A stretch of 64,000 nt of DNA from the human T2T-CHM13v2.0 reference genome, Homo sapiens, in NCBI RefSeq assembly GCF_009914755.1, contig NC_060946.1; one strand, given 5' to 3'. Every line of letters starts with the position of its first letter. Position 1 is the stretch's first letter. The position numbers and the translations under genes are program-made. This document shows positions 52,789 through 64,000 of the stretch, one piece after another. The notes below the pieces were generated by a model. It had not been told where the DNA came from, made no database searches, and worked only from the letters and a program-made list of their open reading frames with translations.

Positions 52789-53132
52789 GTTTCAACTATG
52801 GTAGAAGACTCGAGTAAGACAAATACAGCCCCCTAAATTTGACTATTATTTAGGTTAATGGTGAGTTTAGAAGAAATAAGTTAAGACTACACAGAGTGGG
52901 CTAAATTGCAAATAAACACTGAAAATATTTCCCAGAAAATATGAGTTTGAACAGGCTGCTGCACACCCTGCATGTAGAGATAAACTAAGAAAAATGTGTG
53001 GAGAGTTATTTAAGGACCTGTGGTTAACTCAGTCCTTAAGATGTTCCGGGTTTCATCCATGAGTCAAGGAGGACCTCCCAAAAGCTGTTTGGGACCACAC
53101 TCTTTGAGCAAGGAGCATACCTTATGATGGAA

Positions 53133-53300
53133 GCTGTGCTTTAGCAGCAGATGACCATTTCCACTGCACAACACGCCGTGCTTTAGCAGACGATGACCAT
53201 TTCCACTGTACAACATGCTGTGCTTTAGCGTCAGATGACCATTTCCACTGCACAACATGCCATGCCTTAGCGGAAGATGACTGTTTCCACTGCACAACAC
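53133..53300. repeat. 42-bp tandem repeat x4
   Basis: gctgtgctttagcagcagatgaccatttccactgcacaacac; 14-aa periodic ORFs. Confidence 0.92.
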
Positions 53301-53693
53301 TACAAGTGCTTACTGCCAGACCGGTGTGAAATATGTTCCAGCACATAATCTATGTCACCAATGAAGGTGGTGGTTAAGACTTGGTGCACACAAGCTTTCC
53401 TGTCCCACAAGAACACAGCGTGCTCTCTTTTCGGGTTCCATTCCAATCACATAACAAACATGACTGCCTTTTTTGTTTCGGCATCAGAAAGATCAGAGGA
53501 AACTTTGCACTCAACTTAGACAACTCTAAGCTTTTATAACCTGTTTATATCTACAGGTCAGCTTTATCTTATTTATGTATATTTCCTTCAACCTGAGTTT
53601 TACTTATTTCCACTTTTCCTTTTTAATTCACAGACACCCATAAACTCAGAAAATACAGTGTAAAACAAAGTGAAGAACAAATAAACAACTCAC

Positions 53694-53752
53694 CAGAGAT
53701 TTATTCGTTTCTTGTTGCTCTTGGAAACACCCAGAGGACACTGGAAACATAG
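53694..53752 (-). ncRNA. 59-nt exon resembling the ZNF33/ZNF37-type pre-KRAB exon; candidate lncRNA exon 2
   Basis: Minus strand: ttgccttctcttccag|CTATGTTTCCAGTGTCCTCTGGGTGTTTCCAAGAGCAACAAGAAACGAATAAATCTCTG|gtgagt; canonical acceptor and donor. Confidence 0.65.
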
Positions 53753-55599
53753 CTGGAAGAGAAGGCAAATGACGTCGATTAAGGAGAGAACTGGTGAGGC
53801 GTGGTCCCAGATTCTTCTGCCCAACACTCTAGACACATTACCTGGAAAAGCCCTCCTCCCTCCGGAAAAAGAAAAACTTCCCCATGGGAGAAGAGTCCTT
53901 CACACCTCATTAGGGGCAGCAAAGACTCAAGTTAAGATAAGATACATCTACAAGTACATTAATTGGTAGACATTAGATGCACAATTTATTTTTGAATAAA
54001 AATATGTATTACCTACTAATTTAGTAACAATATTACCTAAAGATATAATCTAATAATTTAATACAAAGAAACATTATAAGTTCACTAAAATAAATGTTAT
54101 AGAAATATACTGGGCTGTATTAACTATTTTCCTATTAATATGTGGATTCCACAGATAGCTTCATATGAGTATTCCCATGACAGTACATCTTGCTTTTCTA
54201 TACCTGAACATCATGGAAAGTGCATCTTGCAACCCAGCAATTTTGGCCTACGTTTTTAAAAATGTACATAATATGTATTTCCTGCAGTACACCATTCTAC
54301 TCATGTTTCCCAATAACACCTTTCCCTGTATCCAAGCCCTCATATTATGCTCTGACAATAAATTGGGCTTTTCCATCTGACTTGTCCAGTGAATGGACAA
54401 TGGAAAATGTGATGCAAATATCAATTGGTTCTTGCCTTTTTGGACACAGTCATACTGTGAAGAGGTCTGGAGCTACCCTGTTGGAGACACAGGGCCTAGC
54501 CAAGAGTCACCACAAACCACCAGATTGTGAAGGAAACTATCTTAAACCAACCAGGCTCAGTCAAGGCACCAGGTGACTAAGGCCTGTTTTGTGATCCAGG
54601 CAACACAAATATATCAACTACCCAGCTGAACCCACCACACCAAAATGCAGATCCACAGAACTTCAAACAAATAAAATGGTGGTTGTTTTTTATAAGCTAG
54701 TAAGGTTTAATTAGTTCCTTAAACAGCAAATATTAACTGTTACACCTAAGTGAATAGAATTCAATATGTTTTTAACGAAATTATGTAGGGGGAGAAAGTC
54801 TTAAATTACAAATCAAATGCAATCAATAGAACTTCACAATCTATGCTAAATTTGGTGATGGACTAGGTTTAATATATCTCAGACACTGGAAACAACAAGC
54901 TAAGTTTGAAGGAATGGGACTGTATTTGGAGAGTATTTCAATCTTTTCAAGTATGACAGGTCACTCCTGCACCCCAGACCACACTTTCAGGCCCCTTCAA
55001 ATAAGGAATATTTCCTAGGTCCTTGCCTGTTCTTCTCAGCTGAATTCACCTCAACCTTCTGAAAGTTCTTCCAAACCTTCCAATATCACCTAGTCTTTGC
55101 AAATCTCGTGCATTCTAGGGAGTAGAATTAATATTTCCTGAGCGAGGAAAACTGGGATCTTCACCTGCGACCTTTTATCCTCCTCTGAAGCACCAGTGAA
55201 AAGTTAGACCAGAGGGCTGTTCTTTCAAGTGCGCCTCTTATTCATAGGGAACCCTCCCTTTCAAACTTTGTAACACACAGTGAAGACTGAAGTACCCTTA
55301 AGGCTGAAGACCATCATCCAGTACCCCATCTCCCTCGCGGAATCAGTGAGTTCCTCCATGGAAACTAGGTCTCGTATAAACTTCCATAAATGCAATCCAG
55401 GAGGACTAGGCAGGTCACACAGTGAAGGAGGGAACCAGAAACTTCACTTGCTAAATAGACACCAGGAAACCCAACTAATACAAACGCCCAGCTTAAGACT
55501 AGAGGCACACGCATTTCGCACTACTCCTCTGGGAATGGGGAACGTCTCCCGAGAACTGTGTGTTAGCACGGGGACAGATGGGCAAACTGAGCTACATGA

Positions 55600-56587
<988 letters not shown>

Positions 56588-57204
56588 CTCAAGTCTATTT
56601 TTTATAGATGCATTCGAAAGCATGAAAAAAATCATGTCTCTATTTTACTTTAAATTTTTAAAAACACAACTAATGAATATGGTAATTCTCTTCCAATCTG
56701 TTATCTTTTCTCTCACGAAACTAATTTGTGAGCTTTTAATTTACTCAGTTAGAAAAAAATGCTCTAGTGTATATACTAGGATAAAATAACAGGGTCATAA
56801 GACAAGTGCACTCCATAATCTTTGTGACAACTTACACTTCCAGTGTCTGATGAACATTTGCCCATAAACTCTCACGTTTCATCCATCCATCCATCAATCA
56901 AATCTACCTATCTTTATTTATTTATTGTGCGAAATACCTGAACTTTGCCTTTCCTTCCCTGATTTCTGCCACAAACTAGTCAAGGAGTTCTGCCTAGGGG
57001 TTTTTCAGAGCTCCGGCTACCACCGAGGTTCCTAACAGGGAAATTGCCAGCTTGAATGCTTGGGGTTGATGTGGGAGTGCGTGTGAAACGGGTGTGGGGT
57101 GAAAGGGCAGTGAACTTTGTAGGTGGGTAGATGGGGGTGTGAAGGGCTTTCAGGTAAGAGGCACAGAGGAAACTGGGAGAGGCAGCGAAAGCACTTCACA
57201 CCTC

Positions 57205-57570
57205 AGATCACCAGAAGATGCTCCCACCAGCACCATGACAGTTTGCCAGTGCCATGGCAACACAGGAAGTCCCCACCCCTTGCCATGGAAACAGCTGGAA
57301 GTTACTGCCCATTTCTAGCTATTTCTGAGTAACCCGCTCCTTAATTAGCATGTCATTAAAAGTGAATTATAAAAATGACTACAAGCCACCCCTAGGCTGC
57401 TACTCTGGGAGCACAACCCACAGAGGGCTCCCTGCCCTGCAGGAGCAGACGCAGGGCTGTAACACCGCCAATGCCTCCATAGAGCTGCTTTATTCCACCA
57501 CAGGCTTGCTTTTGGATTCCTTCCTGAGCGACGCCAAGAACCTGCCCTTCCTCAGTGTGACTCTTGCCTA
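57205..57570 (+). mobile_element. MER50-like ERV1 LTR fragment
   Basis: ccatgacagtttgcc..tgccatggcaac..ggaagt..; ggattccttcctgagcgacgccaagaacct. Confidence 0.6.
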
Positions 57571-58523
57571 AAATCTATACCTGGTTTTCTCTTTTCCTAA
57601 GCATGCCCTGACTTGTTCTTTCATCTCCTCTGAACTTGCAATTGCTCCTCAGTGACTCTATTCTGCAGATCCAGAAAACTCAACCTTAATCTTCCCAGAG
57701 CCCTGTTGTCTCCAATATTGGAATCTCTAGCCTTGCTTTCTCAGACGCCTAGATTACAGGCCTCTCTCTTGAACACCTATTGGTAAGGTATCCGGGGATC
57801 CTTTAAATACACGATGATTGGCAGGGTTTACATAGGGGAAATCAGTGCCTGACAATTCGCCTTCCAGGATATGGATTGTCATTCTCTCTCTTTGTGGGCC
57901 CCAGTCTCCTATACATAAAAGTAGAGATTGTAATACTCATTTGACTTGCAGATACCTCACCCCGAACCCACCTACTATAATGTAAAAGCCAAGAATGCAA
58001 ACCCTTTCCTCACCCCGTGAAGGTAAAGTACTCAGAGCCAAGGAGAGAAGGCTCAGGGATGGTACCTGGGTGTTTCCAACACTAACCATGCATTGTAGTT
58101 TTAGTGTTCAAGTTTAAGCTTCTTATGTTAAAGTTACCCCAGCTTTAATTATATTGTAACAAGATTTATTTTTGTAATTCCATTTTTGGATTCTTGATTT
58201 CTTGGTAAAGAAATACAGTTATTTTTGTATACAAATCTTATATAATGTTACATTCCAAAATTTGTTCATGAGTCCTAACACTTTTTAGTAAATTTCTTAT
58301 GATTTTCTAAATGCAAGATCATGTCATCTGTACATAAAGATAACTGTACTTCTTCCTTTCCAATCTAGATGCCATTTATTTATTTACATTGCCAAGTTGT
58401 CCCAGCTACCACTGTTATCAAGTAAAAGGGTCTCACTACCCAAAGCTCTAGAAGCCAGTAACATGACACTGAGTTTTTGAGAAGAGAAAAACTTTAAAAT
58501 CAAACCAAAACCTATGGGATACA

Positions 58524-58840
58524 GGCCAGATGCAGTGGCTCATGCCTGTAATCCCAGCACTTTGGGAGGCCGAGTTGGGTGAATCACAAGGTCAGGAGAT
58601 TGAGACCATCCTGGCTAACACGGTGAAACCCCGTCTCTATTAAAATACAAAAAACAAAAATTAGCTGGGCATGGTGGTGGGCACCTGTAGTCCCAGCTAC
58701 TCAGCTGAGGCGGGAGAATGGCATGAACCCAGAAGGCAGAGCTTGTAGTAAGCCAAGATTACACCACTGCACTCCAGCCTGGGCAACAGAGAGAGACTCC
58801 GTCTCCAAAAATAAACAAAAACAAAAAAACAAAAAACAAA
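58524..58840 (+). mobile_element. AluY-like
   Basis: gagaccatcctggctaacacggtgaaaccccg; TSD aaacctatgggataca. Confidence 0.95.
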
Positions 58841-59261
58841 CCTATGGGATACAGTAAAAACAGTACTAAGGAGTAAGTTTATAGCAAAAAGCACCTACAT
58901 CAAAAAAAGTAGAAAAACTTCAAATAAACAACCTAATAATGCATCTTAAATAGTTAGAAAAGCAAGAGCAAACCAAAACCAAAATTAGTAGAAGGAAACA
59001 TAACAAAGATCAGAGCAGAAATAAATGAAATTGAAATTTAAAAATATAAAATATCAATGAAATGAAAAGTTAATATTTTTTTAAAAGATCAACAAAATCA
59101 ACAAACATTTAGCCAGACTAAGAGAAAAGAGAGAAGACTCAAATACATAAAACCAGAGATTAAAAAGGAGACACTGCAACTGATACTGCAGAAATTCAAG
59201 TAATCATTAGAAACTATTATGACCAACTATATTCCAATAAATTGAAAAACCTGCAAGTAAT

Positions 59262-59622
<361 letters not shown>

Positions 59623-60935
59623 CTAGCAAAGAAAAACCTGGATCCAATGGCTTCACTGATTAATTTTACCAAACATTGAAGGAAGAATTACTATCAATCC
59701 TACTCAAACTATTCCAAAAAACAGAGAAGTCTGTAATATTTCCAAAATCATTCTATGTAAAAGACCATTCATCGTGTCTAAGTGGGATTCATCCCAAGGA
59801 TGCCAACATGGTTCAACATATGCAAATCAATCAATGTGACACATCATATCAACAGAATGAAGGACAAAAAACATATGGTAATTTCAATTGATGCTGAAAA
59901 GCATTTAATAAAATCCAACTCCCCTGTGATAAAAAGAAACCCCCCAAAAAACTAGATTTAGAAGGAACATACCACAACACAATAAAAACCATATGCAACA
60001 AACCCTCAGCCAATATCATCCTGAACAGAGATAACCTGAAAGCCTTTCTTCTAAGATCTGGAACAAGGCAAGAATGTCCACTTCCAACAATGTTACTCAA
60101 CATAGTACTGGAAGTCCTAGCTAGAGCAATCAAGAAAATTGAAAAACAGTAAAGGGCAACCAAATTGAAAGAAGTAAAATTATTATTGTTTTCTTGTTTG
60201 CAGGTGATTTGATCTTATATTTGGAAAAACCTAAGAACTCCACCAAAAAACTATCAGAACTGATCAACAAATTCAGAGTCACACGATACAAAATCAAAAT
60301 GCAAAAATCAGTAACATTTCTAAATGCCAAAACTGAACAATCTAAAGAAGAAAATCAAGAACGTAATCCCATTTACAATAGCTACAAATAAAATAAAATA
60401 TCTAGGAATAAATGTAACAAAAGAAGTGAAAGATCTCTACGATGAAAACTATAGAACACCAATGCAAAAAAATTAAAGAAGACACCAAAAAAAAAATGGA
60501 AAGATAGTCCATGTTCATTGATTGGAAGAGTAAATATTGTTAAAATACACATACTTCACAAAGCAATCTACAGACCCAATGCAATCCCTATTGAAATACT
60601 AATAACATTCTTCACAGAAACAGAAAAAAAATCCTAAAATTTATATGAAATCATAAAAGACCCAGAATACCCAAAGCCATCCATAGCAAAAAGAACAAAA
60701 CTGGAAGAATCACATCACCTGACGTTAAATTATACTACAGAGCAATTGTAAGCTAAACAGCATGGTACTGGCATAAAACAGACACATAGACCAATGGAAC
60801 AGAATAGAGAACCCAGAAATAAATCCTTACATTTACAACTAACTCATTTTCAATGAAGGTGCCAAGAATATACATGGGGGAGAGGACAGTCTCTTCACCA
60901 AATTGTGCTAGGAAAACTAGATATTCATTGGCAGA

Positions 60936-61193
60936 ATTTTTTTTTTTTGAGATGGAGTCTAGCTCTGTTGCTCAGGCTGCAGTGCAGTGGCGTGATCTGG
61001 GCTCACTGCAAGCTCCACCTCCCGGGTTCACACCATTCTCCTCCTCAGCCTCCCAAGTAGCTGGGAGTACAAGTGCCCCCACCACGCCCAGCTATTTTTT
61101 TTTGTATTTTTAGTAGAGACGGAGTTTCACCGTGTTAGCCAGGATGTTCTTGATATCCTGCCCTCATGATCTGCCCACCTCAGCCTCCCAAAG
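60936..61193 (-). mobile_element. 5'-truncated AluY-like
   Basis: TSD tcattggcagaat on both sides. Confidence 0.93.
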
Positions 61194-61619
61194 TCATTGG
61201 CAGAATAATTAAACTAGAACCCTCTCTTGTGCTATATACAAAAATCAAATCCAAATGGGTTAAAGACTTAAATCAAGGACAAGAAACTACTGAAAGAAAA
61301 CATTAGGGAAACTCTCCAGGAAATTGGTCTGGGCACAGATTTCTTGAGTAATACTCCAAAAGCTCAGGCAACCAAAGCAAAAATGAACAAATGGTATCAC
61401 ATGAAGTTCAAAAGTTTCTGCATAGTAAAGAAAACAATGGACAAAGTGAAAAGACAATCCACAGAATGGAAGAAAATATTTGCAAACTATATATCTGGCA
61501 AGGGATTAATAACCAGAATATATAAGGAGTTCAAACAACTCTATAAGAAAAAAACTAATAATCCAATTATTTAAATGGGCAAAAAATCTGAACAGACATT
61601 TCTCAAAAGAAGGCATGCA

Positions 61620-61892
61620 GGTCAGGCGCAGTGGCTCACACCTGTAATTCCAGCATTTTGGGGAGCCAAGACAGTTGGACCACTTGAGCCCAGGAGTTCA
61701 AGACCAAACTGAAAAACATAGCAAATAATTTTAAAACCTACCTGGGCATGGTGATGCATGCCTGTGGTCCCAGCTACTCAGGAGGCTGAGGTGGGAGGAT
61801 TGCTTGAACCCTGGTAGTCATAACTACAGTAAGCCATCATTATACCACTGCACTCCAGCCTGGGTGACAGAGTGAGACACTGTCTCAAAAAA
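61620..61892 (+). mobile_element. Alu (J-like)
   Basis: cacttgagcccaggagttcaagacc; gaggtgggaggattgcttga. Confidence 0.9.
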
Positions 61893-62558
61893 TGAGCAAA
61901 AACAAAAAAGAAGATATATAAATGTCAAATAGGTATATGAAAAGATGCTCAATATCACTGATCATCAGAGAAATTCAAATCAAAACTACAATAAGATATC
62001 ATCTTACCCCCATTAAAATGGCTTTTATGCAAAAGACAGGCAATAACAAATGCTTGCAAGAATGTAGGGAAAAGAGAACCCTCTTACTCTGTTGGTGGGA
62101 ATGTAAATTAGTACATTCACTATGGAGAACAATATGGAGGTCCCTCAAAAAATTAAAAATATAACTATCATATGATACAGCAATCCCACTGCTGGGTATA
62201 TACCCAAGGGAGGGAAAATTAGTATATGAAAGAGATATCTGCATTCCCATATTTATTTCAGCACTATTCATAATAGCCAAGATTTGGAAGCAAACTAAGT
62301 GTGCATCAACAGATGAAGGGATAAAGAAAATGTAGTACATGTACACAATGGAGTACTCTTCAGCCATGAAAAAGAATAAGATTCTGTCACTTGCAACAAC
62401 GTAGATGGAACTAGGGAACATTATGTTAAGTACAATGAGCCAGGCACAGAAAGACTTTGCATGTTCTCACACATTTGTGGGAGCTAAAAATTAAAACAAT
62501 TGAACTCATCAAGATGGAGAGTAGACTGAGAGTTTCCAGAGGCTGGGAAGAGTAGCGG

Positions 62559-63095
62559 TGTTACGGGATCTTTGGAGTGTCACTTTTCTGGACAGAAACC
62601 TCTATGGCTGGTGGCACCTTTACCTGAGTTTTGCTTGGGCCCCGCCCACTCAGCCTGGCAGGCTGTGCTCAGCTCATGCTACCAGGTTGGATCCCATGTT
62701 TGCCAAGGGAGACTGCGTGGAGTGGCAAGGGGTGTGTGAGCAAGCATGGGGTCTGGCCACTGTGCAGTCAGACTTCCTGGCTGCTGCAGTGGGGCAGGTA
62801 GCTCCAGGTGCCAACACGGGTGCCAGCTCTCCACAAGTCTGTGGCTGGACCATGGGCACCGCAAGCAGCTTCCGCAGCTGGCACACTGGGAACACAGTGG
62901 CACCCGGAAGCTTGGAGATACCAGGAACCACAGGGCCCCAAAGAGGGAATCACAGCCCTGGCTCGGGGAGCTCCCAGGTCTGGGCTTCCCAAAGGGTCAC
63001 AGCTCTTGTTTCCTTCTCTTTGCCCACAATGTGGCAAGCAAGGGGCATGACTCAGCCCTGTTTGTGTTACAGCTCTTTCAGCCTCTTCCCTAGGA
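62559..63095 (-). mobile_element. MER52-like LTR 3' portion
   Basis: Reverse complement of ~45870-46395 (tgttacgggatctttggagtgtcacttttctg). Confidence 0.8.
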
Positions 63096-64000
63096 TTTGT
63101 CATAATTAATTCTCATATTGTCTTATTTTTTTACATTTGTTTCAACTTCAGAAGATGCATGGATCTAAACACAACATAATGTGTTAGCTAGCTGCCATAT
63201 GAATTTCTCCGTGTTTCACCACTATGCAGCCTAAAGTTATTCCGTCATCCATGACTATCCTGGCTAAAGAGTCTAAAGATCTTTGTTTGGTAGCTATGGC
63301 TTCAGCTAGTTCATTCGCTAATTTACCTAGAGTGGTTGACAGATTTCTAATTATACGTTCATGAGAGGTTACTCCCCACCATTGCAAGTGACTTCTGCCA
63401 AACATTGGCCAAAATTCACCTCCTTGGTTTGCAGGTATGGTTTGTCTAATCCTGGAAAGTAATTTCGATGAACTACTTCAGTGTTCAGAAACATTGGAGT
63501 TATAAATAGAAAGAGGAAGAGTCACATAAACTAATAGACAATTACTTCTCATATGCCAGCGGTCAACACATTCATAAGCCCATGGGTGGTTGATCCAGGG
63601 ACCACACAGGGTCCCTGACAGACTCTGAAAGTTAAGGCTTTGGTTTACTGGTAACAGAGACAGGTTAAAGTACATGTCTTCAGTCTTGAGTAGAGTGTAA
63701 TCAGTGTCTTTTTTTTTTTTTTAATGAGACAAACATCAGGTAAAGACCTTGACAAGAAGGAAGAGAAATCCCGAGATTCTATAATCATAATAATCGAATT
63801 GTAATTGCTAGTTTAAGTAGTCCTTCAAAAATACATCTCATTCCTGACAGGATAAAACAAGTTTTAAAAAATATATTATATTCAGATTCACTAGGGAACA
63901 CTTGGAGCCAGGAAATAATTCAGGATTCAGCCCAAATTATAGGCAAATAATAAAAACTCTAAAACAATGATCAGGGTTGGAATCTAATAGCATATGTCAT
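63096..64000 (-). mobile_element. ERV1 internal fragment with decayed env TM region
   Basis: ORF 63184-63405: IIRNLSTTLGKLANELAEAIATKQRSLDSLARIVMDDGITLGCIVVKHGEI resembles the heptad repeat plus immunosuppressive domain (SLA.VV.DNR.ALDYLLA.QGGVC). Confidence 0.75.

Noticed and set aside
63184-63405. Syncytin-like intact env
   Set aside because: The immunosuppressive motif is degenerate, a stop precedes the CX6CC region, and the upstream SU part is fragmented.

Overview
This is primate (human-like) pericentromeric or acrocentric-type segmental-duplication DNA with no intact protein-coding gene. All coordinates were read by eye; repeat subfamily names come from recalled consensus sequences and need RepeatMasker/Dfam confirmation. 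1-6.5 kb: a tandemly duplicated, internally inverted MaLR (MST/THE1) composite. 6.5-8.6 kb: a GGTCAG minisatellite and a GC-rich CAGGG-type element with a fold-back. 8.6-9.4 kb: an ACTB 3'UTR retrocopy fused to an ANKRD26/POTE coiled-coil exon remnant, as expected at a POTE-actin 3' junction. 9.4-16.1 kb: L1 and ERV pieces, including a twin-primed L1PA. 16.1-18.8 kb: a palindromic REP522-like array. 18.8-19.9 kb: a processed SNX18 pseudogene. 20-22.3 kb: a second MST/GGTCAG/CAGGG module. 22.3-27.2 kb: a 48-bp CER satellite array that runs directly into an MLT1A-like LTR 3' end. 27-64 kb: old L1s, a near full-length Tigger1, about 23 Alus, MLT1, an ERV1 provirus with both LTRs, PBS and TSD, solo LTRs, and a KRAB-ZNF-type CpG promoter with spliceable minus-strand non-coding exons. 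The most interesting signals are (1) an apparent MLT1A-LTR origin of the CER monomer, (2) palindromic repeat units carrying a symmetric cassette exon downstream of the POTE exon remnant, and (3) a high density of short inversions across 1-19 kb.
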